Positions 48,301 through 64,000 of a stretch of DNA of 64,000 bases are shown one piece after another. The stretch comes from Ramazzottius varieornatus. Taxonomy: Eukaryota; Animalia; Tardigrada. Where the stretch lies: contig BDGG01000007.1 of NCBI GenBank assembly GCA_001949185.1, forward strand, positions 1,446,730 to 1,510,729. The letters are read 5' to 3'. How positions within the stretch are numbered: position 1 is the first letter of the stretch; the number at the start of each line of letters is the position of its first letter. Under the pieces are notes generated by a model. That model worked only from the letters and a program-made list of their open reading frames with translations. It searched no databases and was not told the origin of the DNA. The translations under genes and the position numbers were made by a program.

Positions 48301-51300
48301 GTCACAACGTGATGGCTCAGAAATTTCAGAGGAGAGGGGGCGCACTGTTGGTTTTCTTGAAGATATTGTCGACGAGGATTCGGTACTTGGTGATGCGCTG
48401 CGTGATGGTCTGCATGACACTGTCGAAGCGTAAATTGCGATTTCCAATATTCTCATTCCATTTCTGTAATGGATGAAAGACACTTCAGCAGTGGCTGTAA
48501 AATGGCCCACAAAAGACGGCAAAGCCGTATGGAGGGACAGGACGTCTGTTACCTTGTCAAAGGCGGCAAACTTGGCATCGGTCTTTAATCGCTGCTTATA
48601 CTCGGCTTCGGCTTGCTTCTTGTGACAGCAAAAGTCAGCGTAGGCGCGCTTCATCTTCTCGGCCTCATCTCCCTCAAACTAGAAAAGCCACAAGCTAGTC
48701 ACCACTTAGCCACAGTCATTGCCATTACAGAGGTCCCCCAGCGCTACCTGTTGCAAAAAGACATCGCCGATCTGGACGATGACGACACCCTGGGCCTGTC
48801 GCGCTCGTAGTCGGCCCAGAAAGGTCTTGTGGACACTGACAATGCCCTCAAAGGAGGGGAAGAAGAGGCGGACATCGGCCTCGGACCACTGTAATTCCCG
48901 TTGCAAGCCGGCAATGTACAACTGCATAACACACAAACACACACACAAGGCCAGGTTAAACAGTACGCTACACTGACGATGACTACCAATGGGAGAAAAT
49001 GGCCGATGGGCTTACTTGATCAATTATCAGCAGGATAATCTGATAATTCTTCTCCAGAAAGATCAGCTCATGAATCATGCTCTGTCGCTTGACTTCCTCT
49101 TCGGGCAATTGGCCCAACACGCTGGGCTCCACCAGGCTAACCCAGGCTTCCGGCTCGTCCAGCTCCAGCCTGAGGTCGCCATCGAAGCGCAGCATGGGCA
49201 ACAGATGGATGACACTGTCGGCTTTACCGGCTGCACTGGCAGCTCCCGTCTGACTTGTCGGCTCCGACAGGGAAACATCTTCGGCAGGGCTGCATCACCA
49301 TGCAAAGAAGAATGGAGTCAAGGCAGCCCACCGACAATAATTTACACACGAAGGAGGTGATCTATGGTGACAGATGCGCGCGGCAACGCCACTAACTATT
49401 AATACTGGAGCCGGCCAAAAAACAGAAGGCTGGACCTTTCAGAGGAATGGCACGGCAAGCCAGCTATCCAACGAGCAATTAATGCAGCGCCTGCTGACTA
49501 TTCATCAAGTTGAACGGACTAGCGTGGGCGCCCGCAAAGTAATTCACTTCGCACGGTTAGCCACCCAGTTGTGCTAATTAACCGCTATCACTCTAAAGTG
49601 GCGTCTGACGCTATCGCGTCAACGGATAAGTTGTAAACAAGACTTTTAGCAATACTCCTCAGTGAAGAAAAATTCGATAGAGTAATGGGACACAGTTTTT
49701 TCCCGACTGACCTGTCATAGTCTGCTCCTTGGCTGTCCGTACTTCCCGATTTACTGCAAAAGACCAAATAGAGGGTATTACAGGCCAGTGTGGGGGCAAA
49801 GGGTTATTCTCAGCATCACTGCCCAGGACTGGGTGGTGGATTTTGCGGTAAGCATGCCACAAAGACATGACATGACAGTTCATTACTTGAGCAATTTGTC
49901 TGCCACATGACGCCAACGAGAAAAGCCACTGGGCGAAATGGGACGCCGTAAGACCGAGGAAGAACCACCACCGGAAGGAGAACTGCAAAAGGCAAAACAC
50001 CATAGACCATCACCACATGACTTCTCTCACGGAGAATGATCGCCATCTTGTTCGGAAACAAGCAGCACCAGCTGTAAAGAGAGCCCAATACAAATCTCCA
50101 AGGAATAAAAGGTAGACATGACAGGATAAAGAAAGAAAGAGGGACATACATTTTCCTGCGGTTGTAGCCCATGTTTTAACGCCTGCCGCTCAACCGGAAA
50201 CGATCGACATCGGGCGAAATCAACTTGGACAGCAAGCTGCCCCGACCAGCGAGGCCCATTGGGATACAACCCATGAAACTCGGTGTATAGAGTTATTCCA
50301 ATATAAAACCCCGCTATCAGGTGAAAATTAATCGTGAATATACTGGCGGACTTGGCCAATACAATAACATGGCAGAAGTGCGGCCAGAAGACCAGCGGTT
50401 AACGCTAATCCCCCAGCCGGTTTTGTCACGTAACTGTGCAAAACCTGATCAATCTAACGTGGGAGATTATACGCTCTACAACAACAGTCGGGATGGAGAG
50501 CGGTCTTCATCTGTCGACAAAGAAGTAGCAACAGTCAACGGACAGTGAAATAACTGCCTATCGAGTTTCATCTTCAATGGTCCGACCATCATCAGAAAAC
50601 AAGTGGTGACGTCAGCGAACCTCACTGTCATCTTTTCCCTATCGTCAGAACGTTGTCCTACTACTGTTGCTGCAAACTGTCACCTCTCCGTCTTCACATC
50701 TTCAATCGAACCAAGTCACCTCAGTTACTGATGGACAGCATTAGTGAAACACTGTCCCTGTTCATCTGCTTGACGCTGCAGATATACTGTAGATATCGAA
50801 AACTGTTGATTCTTCTCACCTCGGTGATAAGTTTGAGTCCGATTGCGCCGCTCCCAGTCCCGTCGACTTCTGCAAGACAACAGGAAGGTCAAACTGACTG
50901 TGAGAAATCGACTTTCATTACACTAAATTAATGAAAAAGAATTTTGGTAATTATACGGAAAGAAAAAATGAGGCCTCAGCTTGGACTTTTCATCTAGGAT
51001 GGTGTAGTCCTACTTGACGCCCAAATCTGTCCCCTGGAGGCTTCATTAGCTGCAGCCTACCGTGTGTTGTGGATAGCTAGCGGGGACTGAAAGGCGTTTG
51101 AGCGACTGCGGCGGCAAGGTGGGCTGCAGTCGGCTTCCTTCGTCGCCATGCTCCACAGCCATCTGTTGGGGCTCCAGCATGACAGAAGGGCTGCTTTTGC
51201 CATTGAGGGGAGGTTGTAGTTCGTCGCTGGACAAGTCGTTGCCTGTCGAGTTTAGGCGCCGTCGTTGGCCCATGTCACTGGCCAGCCCGCCGACGGAACT

Positions 51301-54300
51301 GTGGTGCAACGATGTCGAAGGTGGCAGCAAGCTGGCACTACAGACCTCGATCTGCTCCAAGCAGCCTTCGTGACAGATCAAATTGCATCCTGTAAGAGGC
51401 AGCACAGTTGCATCAAACACTACAATACTGGGCTGATGCTTCCTCTTTGCCCATCATAGTCCATAGCAGGCTTGCTGGTCAGCTGTTCTACATCGGCAGA
51501 TATTCCAGCTTGACAGCAATATTTTCCGGCAGCCGACAAGAACATTCATTAAATTGTAATATTCTTCAATCACGAGATGCTCGCTCGACCAGAAAATCAC
51601 GACCATACATTTACCGTTGCAATCAGAGACCACTTTGGTACTATTAAACAGTTACTTCCTATTTCCGGCTAAGGTATGGACCCTGACGTTTAATTCGCAT
51701 ACCGTGCGGAATCGAGACTGTAGATAGCAGATGGTGCTTCTAGCTCATGGTACAGCTCGGATATACTACGTTTACAGCACGCCGACCAATGTCAAGTATC
51801 AATTAACAGCACTCGCACGCGTCACTGACAAGAAGAAACAGACGGTAATGCGAGCTGGCCGTCGTCGGCCAATGTAGGGCCACGGCGCCGCTCGCATCAT
51901 CGTCAGCAATAACAGCGCAAGTGCCAAGTGCCGTACGAGCTAAGCATTCCGAGCCACGGAATCGGAATGTGCACTACTGGTACTTGTAAGCAAGTTAGCT
52001 CGGAATAATATACCGAGGAACGTCAACACATCTCTCATGTCTCTAATATTTTGTCCATACACCCCACGACTCGTTGTGATGATACCCGCCGTACCAAAAC
52101 ATATTCAAAATTGACGCGCCTCGCCACTATACACGTATAGTACCTGAAAGCGTAAAATCCATCAGCAACGTTAACGACTTTAACTTTTGCCCACCGTATA
52201 ACAAAGATATTGATTGTACGTACTGGGGCTCACTCCAGCATAGAGAATGCCTCACTGAATCTACCTGACTTCATTCTGGCTTCTGCCATGCACCGCCACA
52301 CTAGGTATTACCGCGGGTTATCACAAAACGATAGAGCGATGGGCAAAGTTCGCCTACCGACGACAACTATAATCCGTAAGACCACACTGTCTTATTATTG
52401 TCTTGCCGATTACCAGCGCCTTACCTCACAGGCAGCAAGGTAAACTCTCAATGCTTGGGGGTTTTCTAACCTGTCGAGATGGAGGTTCGCTGTCGTGTCA
52501 CGTCAAAGCGAATATATCGGCCTAATGGCTCACTGGACGCAAGTACGAAAGCCCAGCAGTCACTTCAGATATTCGTCTATTTCCATCCTGCTTGCTTCTG
52601 TCCTATCCTGTTTGCCGGCCCCTTTACAAAGCCCCACACGGTCATCTGACCATTATTTTGACCCTGCGACTAGTCCATATAAAGTTGGGGTAGATTAGGG
52701 AGAGGCCGCAGTCTGTCGTCAACTTCGGCCTTGTGGTCACCAAGTAGTGCTAATGCCACGGATGGCTAAGCTGCTTCGCAACCCACCATCGAGCAAGCGC
52801 GGCGCTGGCTGCCCTTGAATCTTTTATGGCCCACACATGCAAAAAACAGAAGCCTATTTGTCAATCTGCCATGCATGGCTGCGCGCATTACACTGTAGAA
52901 TACCCAAGCGCGCATTACACTGTAGAATACCCAAGCGCGCCTTACATCACCTAAGCAGGCAGGCGGCACGGCTGTCACCGCAAGATGTTCTGCCGCTGCT
53001 TTTTTGGCTCCTCATGGTAATTAAACGTGGTTTCTCAGTTGGATGAGAGCAACACGCTCCACTGGCCACAGAGTGACGGTGACTTACTGCAGGACGTGGT
53101 GGAGAGCTCGATAATAAAAAAAGAAGAAGCCTAACGGCGACTTACTTTGACATTTGACGGTCAGCTTGTGGGCCAATGGTTTACGGCAGGACCAACAGAC
53201 GGCACTGGTGGAGATGCTAACAGGGACAAAATGGTGTGACTCTCGACTCCGCCGAATATCCTCTTTACTCTGCAAAATGCCAACACCCTCTGCACAATGA
53301 AGAAGACTGCATCAGACAGACAGACAGTCACCAGACCTTTTTGTAGCGTGATGCACCAAAAAGGAAGATGGCGCTGCCATGGCGCAACGTTCGGCTCTTC
53401 TTCTCTTTGCGTCGTTCCACGACGACACTGTGGGACCACCCCTGACTAGGCGGTGAAGCCGTCGGGGTGATGGCAGGGTGCTCAACCCTTCCCTCTCTTG
53501 TTTCGCTAATTTCTTCCGCAGCCATTGGAGCCTCCTGTTCACTTCCGCTCCTCTCACTGTTCTCCAGCTGGCTCCGTCGCAACCTAAATGGGGCATAACA
53601 CAAACGCTCCAACAACCTTCCGTACTTGTCCAAATATCAGGATAGTTCGTCAAGTCGTGTTACGCGTCTACGGTGTAGTATTTCCATGGAACATACTTGG
53701 TCGTCTATTTTCAACTGACAAATTAAAGAAGGGAAAATGCCGGTGTGGCGCAGGGGCTTACGGTATAACTGGCGCTGCACGTTGGCGCATGGCGACAGGA
53801 GCGCCACCGTCACAGGGTAAAGCTTGGCCAATTGCGGCAGCCGGAAGTGTCTCATCGTGGTTTCCTGACAAATAAAAAGTTCCTCACGTTTACTCTCGTA
53901 CCACACTGTTCTCACGCCGTAGGTTAAACCATTGACAAACCTGTCGCTATCGGGACGATCTGCTGGGCAGACATTGTTTGACAAGGCGAGGCGGACAGCA
54001 GTTGGGGGGTAGAGAGGGACTTGAGGAAGGGCATCGGCATGGGCAATGTGACGGGCTGACGCTGGTGCAGGGCCCGGGCCAGAGGTTGGGGAGCAGCCTG
54101 GGCACTACGGCGCTGCACTTGCCCTTCCTGCCAGAAAGCATCAAAGTCTTGCACCTTAGTCAAGAGCCCAACTTCAAGTGTCCATTAGTCACAGGCAGCC
54201 ACATGCCACACGTCAACTGCACTTAGCCGTAAAACTCTCGCTCCCTTGTACTTTATAACGGGAGAGCGGAGCAATTTTCACCCGTCTCCTCCATCCATGG

Positions 54301-56240
54301 TAGAAACGCCTCAACTTACCGGCCAGCTTACTTCCTGCGCCGAGTGAGCCATCGCATCGGTGACCGGCGACTCTCTTTCCAAATGTGGATGGATGACGGT
54401 GTCCACCCAGTTCACACCATTGCCGCCCTCTTCGTCCTTTGCCCCAAGCGTATCCAGGAATGGTAAGCTCAAGCTGAAACGTCAAACTCCGGGCATTTCA
54501 TGGACACTACACTAAAATCACCCCATCACTGGGTATAGGTTGGACGATTGACCAACAGTTTGCGAGTGAGACCGCATTAATTAGTCAGTTCTCCATCTTG
54601 TCACGTGCTTCCAAATTAATTTGCTTTACTATGGATATCAAAGATGACAATTACGACGGGAGACCTGTATACCTGCGTGAGAGCGACGCGGTGTCAGAAG
54701 ACATAAGAGAAGGCAAAGAAGAGGGATCAGACAAGATTTGTAGCACTGCGTTGGAAGGATACTTGGGCTGCTCATCGGCCAAGAGCGCTGCAACATGGCT
54801 AGCCGGCTTCATCGTGTCCGTCCAGCTTTCTTCTTGCCAGTCGGCATCGCCCATCATGGCCCCATTCAGCTTAATGACCACCGTCGCCTCTAATACCTCT
54901 TGGCTCCACGCCTCCATCTCCAGTAAATTGCTAGGTCCGAAAGGTCTTGCCAAGCAGCAAAGGTCGTCCTTTCCTTGGACACTGCGGGGACACTGCAGGT
55001 GATGAGGCTAATATCAGCCCTTCAGGATGTGGCCAGAGCGGCAGCGCCGTGTGACTAGGATAACACAATCAAAGGTTCGTGTCAATAAGACGGAGGGTAG
55101 GTTCTATCATTATGCCACAATCGACAGCAATCAGCTAATTTCCGGACCCGCAGCCTTTCTAGCCACAGCTCAATGCAGTGCCAATATTTTCCCTAGCCTG
55201 TACAATACTGCTGGGAGGTCGCTAGGTACTTGCCACCCTTTGATCTCTCCACAGGAAGGGCCAAACATTGCACCGTATCACAGGCGCAACATGCCGTCGC
55301 TGGGCAAGGCCTCAAACAACGACCAACAGCCACTGCTGACAGTACTTTGCTGTTATGAGGCTGGGGAGGAGGCTGCAGTTGCTGGAGCAAGTATCCTCCA
55401 GGCGCCGTCGCTCTCCACCACTCTGGCTTCATCAGCAGCCTTGCCATCGTTACCGTCAAATTCTGTCAGACGTCGTCCAATTTCCCAGCAGTAACGATTT
55501 AGCTGGTCCACTGTCAACGATCTGCAAACTTACCTTGCGGCGACTGTGTGGATATCAAATCAAAGATGATGACGTCCGTCTCCCAATAATGGCTTACTGT
55601 ACATCACTTTCCTCCCTCGTTCCCGTAGTCAAACGAATAATTTATCAAGTACAGTATTCCTCGCTTAATCGACTCTCTGTCTCTTCTGCTGCCTGCAAAA
55701 TACAACATAGCGTCACTGTCCCACAGTTGTCCGATCTCCAGGGCACATGAAACAACATCGTTTGCATCTCCGGCACAACTCGCTTCGGCCGTCGGGAATA
55801 AGCAAACAAACAAACTACCTCGATCCATAATAACGTCAGGGTGATTGTCGTATGTCCACTGCTTTCAACGATGCCAACATCCACATTTATGCTTCACCTT
55901 ACAACCTCCAGCTGGCTAGCTGGTGCCATCCAGTCCTCCCGTTTATGGTCATTCCTTGAATGGCGCCAGAGGATGAAACTCTAGAGGATTTACTGTTGAA
56001 TTGTGGGGCGCAGGTCCGCAGGATACTCTTCCACATCTCACAGTTCCAAGGGCCAAGGCTATGACAATGTGCGGGGGCGTGGCTGGGCCCATTAGCCACT
56101 GCCCACCGATCGGCAAGCAACAGGTTGCTGAATGGTGCGCGACGTCATTTTTGCGATGACGCCATAAGCCTCTTCTTTTCCAGATGGAAAATTTGGTGTT
56201 AAAAGTTAAAAGTTCAAAATCTTCTTCTCCCAGATCCATC
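45398..56240 (-). CDS. Lbc-family Rho guanine nucleotide exchange factor (ARHGEF18/28/AKAP13-like; C1, DH, PH, coiled coil)
   Basis: C1: HHFVPVS...CWSCRKPL...KCQ/CNLICHEGCLEQIEVC. DH: PEAWVSLV...EVKRQSMIHELI and TQRITKYRILVDNIL. PH: LLVMSDVLVLL...VIHLQDLVLR. Coiled coil QLEELRALQEALARDK. The 5' exons and start are uncertain. Confidence 0.85.
52880..52942. repeat. 27-bp tandem duplication in a RhoGEF intron
   Basis: gcgcgcattacactgtagaatacccaa twice, plus a partial third copy. Confidence 0.7.
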
Positions 56241-56883
56241 TGATTTGCCTTGTTATCTGTAGCAGTACTAGTTGCCTTTGGCACTGGATAAAGCTCCTGG
56301 CTCAACCTCACTGTACCCAACGGAAGCGACTGGACGGAGGAGACAATCGGTGGTGATGGCTTTTTCATCAACACAGATGAGCACGATGAAATCTTCAAGT
56401 GAGTTGTATACCACGATCCACCGGACCAACCGGATGGAAGGTTTTAAGTCTCTTAGGTGGTTCTTGTTCCGAGTAAATCTCGATAGACGTACTACGTAAT
56501 CCTTTTTGCGTAGCAGCAATGAATTTATTAATCATCTCTTTCTGGCAATTCTGTGTGTTGAAGGAAAAGCCCCAGCAGCTCTGAAAGCCCTCAGGAAGGA
56601 GTTCCCGGACATTGCACCAGATGTCGTTGCGTTGATGTTTGAAAGGTTCGTTCTCATCTGGGCCGATCTAGCGACAAAAATCTGATACTCTGCTCGAGCG
56701 TACCAGCGATAATGTCGCGGGAGAAGTACATGACGTCCGCTTACGTTATGCGCCATTATAAGCGAAATCTGCGCCACTTCTGCAAATTAATATGATATCT
56801 ATCCAAGATTCCAGGCGATGCGCAGGCTCGTCCATCCATCTTGGTAATGTCATTTTGTATTATGTAGCTCCAATGGAGACGCC

Positions 56884-59391
56884 ATGCAAGCTAGAGCTTA
56901 CCTCCAGGAAATGCAGGTGGATCTCTTGCGCCAGAAGTTGGCAACAACGGATCAGGCGGATAGTGGCAGCCAACTGAGCGAGGCCATTCCTACTGCTGTA
57001 GACCATCCGGCCACTCCGCAGGTGGACACAACTCTGTCCGCTTCGGCCAGTCAGACGGGGCAGAAAGGTTGCAGCCTGAGCGGTGGATCAATGGTTCCTA
57101 CGGAAAATGATAGTGTCCTTGCCTGGCAGTGCGGTAGTCAATTGGCCAACGCAGCTCGAGTCCATCTTGGTAGCCTAAGCCATCGTCCAGACGGCGATCC
57201 GAATGACACGCAGTCGGTAAAGCCAGGTCAAAGAAATTCACCAGCCTCAATAATCTAGCCAGGTTGCGAGCTCGAAGCCTGTGCTAAGCTCGCCAGGCTG
57301 TTCTCAGAATGGACGTGTCGAAATTACAACCTCTCTGTCCTCTTGTAGAGTTGTCCTACCGACGATGATTCCGGTACGGCTGATCATATCATTCAGCCTG
57401 TCTCTCAGCCAGAAGCTGCGGTAGACTTCTTGCAGTCTTGGAAGGCTTCGAGGGAGGGATTTGAGGGTGGTGGAGCGGCCCAAGAATGGGCACATGACCA
57501 GCGCCAAGAAACAGCAGACTTGTGGGAATCCAACGGGCTTTTCCCTATGCAGCTGACATTGGACAAGGAGCTGGCCTGCCAGCTGATCATGTCCTTCGGA
57601 CTGATGCAAGTCCCCATCAATGTCAACCACAGAGGTTGCCGCTACCTGATACTGTAGCTCATCCTGGGGAAGAGTGTGCGGTAACTTGTTTTGCGTTCTG
57701 TAGAAGACTTAAAAGTGGATCTGGATCGCTGTGCTGCCTATGCTCTGTACCTTGCTTGGAAGAGCACGCAGGAAAAGTACATACTACCTACCACCAGTGA
57801 CGAGCAATTTCAAGGTGCCACTACTTCACATTGATAGATAGTCAACGATTGGAATCTGGCTCATACAGTATTGCGCTTGCAGATTCAAAACTGGCCGAAG
57901 CGCTGCAGGAGCTCGAGCATGAGACGTACGCCGAAGGGACACTAAAGCAAACGGCCTTTAGTCAAATCATGGATGAGACGTATGCCCTCAATCTACTGGG
58001 TAAAGAATCGGTATGCATGATAGCTCTATTTCCGTAACTTGATACAATAATTATACCCTGTGTGTGGACTGGTCGTAGGAAGCTCGGGGAATGCAGATGA
58101 ACTCGGCTCTGAAATATCAGACAGAAAGTAATTTAGAATCAAAGTGGGTCGACGTTCTTCTGAAGGCTCACAAGTAAGTAGTCTTCTGACCGATGATGTT
58201 ACTAAACGATCGTTCTCGCTTTTAAACTAGTATCCATCTCTAGTGTGGATGATGATTCAGCTTTGCCACATTCCAGTGGAAATGTCCGCAACGTCTACGC
58301 TAGTAACCTCCCTAAGCCTGTCGTTGGTCTACCGGACGAGGTTTGTCAGCGCCAGCGTTGCTTTTGAACCAAACATCTGCGGACTTTCGGTTAAATGTTG
58401 ATTTGGACTTTGTAGGGTGGAAGAAGCAGGCTGACCGTCGAAGCCGACACGTTTGTACCAGCTGCCATGCAGCTGAATGTTAAGCCTGTGAACTTCCCTG
58501 GCACGGGCTTGCCTTCGGGCAGAACAAACAAAGAGGTGGACTACTATGGTCATCGTCAAGAAGCGCTAGAGCTGCAGCGCAAAGCGGTCCAGCTGGGTGC
58601 CAGAGCAGGTTCGCATTGCATTTTTTTGTCTTGTTGCCTTCGCAGCTTTCCGCACGTTTTTCCCTCTCTCCGTGAGCAGGCGCGTCTTACCGTGACAAGA
58701 AGCTTGGTGGCGGTGCTGCTGCGTATTACTTGCAGAAGGTAAGCATCAAGTTTCTCGCAGCAAATTACCACCGTATGTGTGCTGCGTTATATTCGTCCAC
58801 TGTAGTCAGCGTGGGTTGATGGAACCCTTACTGACTGTAGTGCTTCACTTGATCGTGTTGTGGTTTGTGGACGCCGTTAATGTTGTCAATCTTGCAGAGC
58901 CACGAGACCAGAGCGATGGCCAAGGACGCTCATGTTGCTGCCTCGTTAGACATTCTCAGTACGTATCTTGCCGGGTTTTCTTGATGTCCACAGACGTGTC
59001 GCTAACGGTCGGCTTTGACGGGTCAAGTTCTTTGCAGGTACGCAAAACTTGAATGCCAGTGATGGGGAAGTGGACTTGCACGGTTTACGAGCCGACGAAG
59101 TGTCCTATGCCTTGGACCTCTTTTTCCAACGTAAGCACAACAAGAAAGAGCTCAAAATCATTTCCGGTGTGGGTCGACACAGCAAGAATGGCGCGGGAAC
59201 TTCCGAAGTTCGTCGCCAGGTGGCTGCTTACCTCAAGCGTCACGCATTTCCGTACGTATCTTTTTTGCATAGAACGCAGCAGCCCACTTGCCTACCGTCC
59301 TTCTGCATTTCTTCTCAGATACGAAGAAGGACCCCCTGACGGTGTCTTTTACGTGCAGAAGTGGCAAAAATTAATGGCTCGTCCACCTTGA
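56884..59391 (+). CDS. Smr (small MutS-related) and DUF1771 domain protein, N4BP2-like C-terminal half
   Basis: MQLTLDKELACQL, YYGHRQEALEL...GGGAAAYYLQK, and EVDLHGLRADEV...LKIISGVGRHSKNG...VAAYL...GVFYV. The start is uncertain. Confidence 0.8.
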
Positions 59392-60192
59392 CCAAGCCTC
59401 TGTTTGAGACTTTGCGGCAAGTTTCCAACCTTGTTCCGTTTGTTGCTCAATGTTTCGTTAGGCACACTCGTCAAGACAAAAATCCAACGAACCATTGAGC
59501 CCCATTGAGCCTAAATGTTCGAGTCAGTGAGTAAATCTGTCCCCGAGGACTTTAAACTTTGCTACAGTAGTTTTTCATCTGTATTCCTGTGGCCGATTGA
59601 AAATCTCTAGACTAGAATCAATTGTACAGCGGCAACTCGATACCCAAGCAGCAAACTCAACCAGAGCGTTGTATCACCTGGCGCCCGCTGTGAGGCTACT
59701 TTCAGCCAGTTACGGGTATGTACACTGAAAATGTGCGCCACTAGGGAAAATAATCTTGTGGAGCATGCTCGCTGGGTTCCAAGCTCCCAAATCCGCCGAC
59801 CATAAAGCGGGTTGATCCTATAGTGTATATCGCTCCATTTCTGAAACATCAGACGAGTCTGAAGAGACGAGGGTAATAACGCTTCCACGCGCTATTCTCT
59901 GGCAGACTTTATCCGACCAAAGAGTGACTACTACAACGAAGCGGAAAATAGAATAATTTAGTCAGGGGATGATACGAATGAAGCGCAGCATTTTTTATCG
60001 TCGAAAAGAATGACATGAAAGGATAAAACAAGCTAGCCCTCAAAATGAGAACGGCACAACCATCGAAAAGTCTTTCAAAGGTGTGAAAGACGCTCATATA
60101 GCGTGCAGAACACAAGTCTTGGTCTTTGCAACGAAAAAAAGAACAGAGAGGTGGTAGTAGAAGATTACAAAGAGAGCGCCAGACGCCGACAA

Positions 60193-62233
<2,041 letters not shown>

Positions 62234-64000
62234 CTAGTCTGGAAACCAAAACGACGAGGGATTATAATATAGACTTCCAAGCAGGCGATCAGCTGGCCAA
62301 CAACATGCGCCAGAGCACCGGAATCTTCTTTTCGCCCTGCTCAACGGATTATCTGTCCTTCAGCCCCTTGTTTCCAACAACTCATAGAATCCTAGATTCC
62401 GAAACAAGTTGGGGAAGCATTGGGGAAAGATGGCGACCACAGTAAAGACAGCTTTACCGGCCGGGTACTCCACTCCCATTGAACGAACCAACGCTAATTC
62501 AATTTATGACTGGCTCAACACTGTCTCTAGCTCCACCCTCTCAATCGAAACGTGGCAGTGTATATTAAATATCTGTTTCAGTTTTCTAAACTCATTCTCC
62601 CATTCTCTTCCGGAGAACATTGTACCCCAAGACTCAGAGATTCAACAGTGCTAGTGCAATTTAAATCAAGGCGAGTCCCCACTCAATTTCGAAAATTAGG
62701 CAGCGTCAGATCCCTCAAGTTTGGTCTCAATCATACAGGCAAACTGCCACCCCAAACCACGCTATAATCCTAGCAGAGCTGTAAATAAACTTACCTTTTT
62801 CGGAAAGAAGTCGAGGAGGATATCCCGTGAAGGTAGGAAGGTACGACGCTTTGCGCGATGAATTGCCGGTGAGATGCCCAGAAGGTCCGATGTACGCCAA
62901 GGAAATTGCCGACTGACTGACGAAATTTTTTGGAATTCGTGGTGCGTGGATGTTGCGATAAGGCGAGACGAGTCGAGCTTCAGCGCCTCAGCCACGCCTT
63001 TCGATGACTCGAGACTGGATCATCATTATGAGCCGCACAGGGCGGAGCTGGAGTGCGCTGAATCTGAGTCGGCTGGGGAAATCGACTCGAGCCATCATAT
63101 GCTTCCAGTTCCAGAAGCTGGGTCATATCACGTGCTCGGCTGACTAATAAGATTTTGACTCATCCACGGCTTTATAGATTATGGACCTATGTATGGTTTA
63201 AGATGAATGATTGATGTTTCCCCAATCCCTTTGTCAGTCGTACTCCTTTGTCTGTGCTTGACATCACGTCGATACGTCATTCGGGCCTGTGATATTGCAA
63301 ATGCGATCAACCGTTCCCTGCTGTGGATTGCGGACTGTGTGGGATCTTTTTCCGGGATCGGGAGCGAAAGGCGGAACCTACAGCAGTTTCGCTGTAGTCC
63401 AAGCTGGACTATAGCCGGTTATCGCCCGGGTACGGTCGGTATGCGATCTATTCTCGTCAGCTTACCAGTTGAGAATCCTACGCTAGGTATCGAGACTGAG
63501 ATGGGGTACTGTACGTGACCACCGACACTTTCTTTTACAGGCTATGCGGAAGTACCCGACGAGGGAGTCATGCTTACGAAGAGGCCGCGAACGGGAAAGG
63601 GTTTGTGCAAAGGAGATCACTCCACAGAGTACGACCGAAGGGGTATTGTCTATCAAAGAAACCACAAAACAACGAACTATGAGTGATCCAAGGCCGCCAT
63701 CTCTGTTAAAGAAGCAGCCGGATCCTCTCCGTTGGACGAAGGCATCTTCTTGGGACGCCGTTTGCGGGAAAAGAATGCGAAAACGAGTCCGGCGACGTAG
63801 AAGGCTGCACAAGCCACACATGCCAAAACGAAGGAAAACCCAAAATGGGATACGGATGCCGCAGGATGCCTGTCAAGCACACAGGGTATGATTATCCTTT
63901 CTATCCCAAAGAGCCAGATACGATAGGTGAGCGAGTTCCAGCAAGGACCCATAATTGTAACAAATCACATCTCAACTATGTACTGGCTGCTTTTTGAGTT

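Noticed and set aside
49600-50900. Hydrophobic minus-strand ORFs inside the RhoGEF locus
   Set aside because: No coherent reading frame or motif; they could be intronic or alternative-exon sequence, but I cannot support a call.
45000-60000. Impression of a base-composition shift after about 45 kb
   Set aside because: I cannot quantify it by eye, and it may simply reflect GC-rich RhoGEF exons. A sliding-window GC and CpG observed/expected calculation would be needed.
62870-63950. Possible spliced plus-strand gene divergent from eEF1A
   Set aside because: Plausible splice sites exist near 63237, 63510 and 63540, but there is no recognisable product or start.

Overview
This is a compact, intron-rich eukaryotic window, almost certainly from an invertebrate animal: GT-AG introns are mostly 55-100 nt, eEF1A carries the animal/fungal insertion, and GIT, Ly6 and CUB-LDLa-trypsin genes are present. 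It is not prokaryotic, and I saw no CRISPR array, rRNA or tRNA. Genes in order: 3' end of a stand-alone CASD1-type SGNH acyl-esterase domain gene (+); DUF7164-like putative glycosyltransferase (-); GIT ArfGAP (-); SUGCT-like CoA-transferase III (+); three Ly6/three-finger genes, one with a 4.25 kb long-TIR hAT transposon in its last intron; a MITE-rich gene-poor stretch (about 22-30 kb); LRRC34-like (+); CLPTM1L (-); a two-module CUB-LDLa-trypsin gene with three coding lesions (+); an orphan secreted protein (+); a highly divergent TATA-binding-protein paralogue with a long charged N-terminus (+); an Lbc-family C1-DH-PH RhoGEF (-); an Smr/DUF1771 N4BP2-like gene (+); and a 9-exon eEF1A (-). 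The most unusual items are the divergent TBP-related factor, the 191-bp-TIR hAT element inserted 7 nt from a splice donor, the CASD1 catalytic domain without its membrane domain, and the active-plus-dead protease gene. All family assignments come from recognising motifs by eye and exon models are manual; no database search was run.
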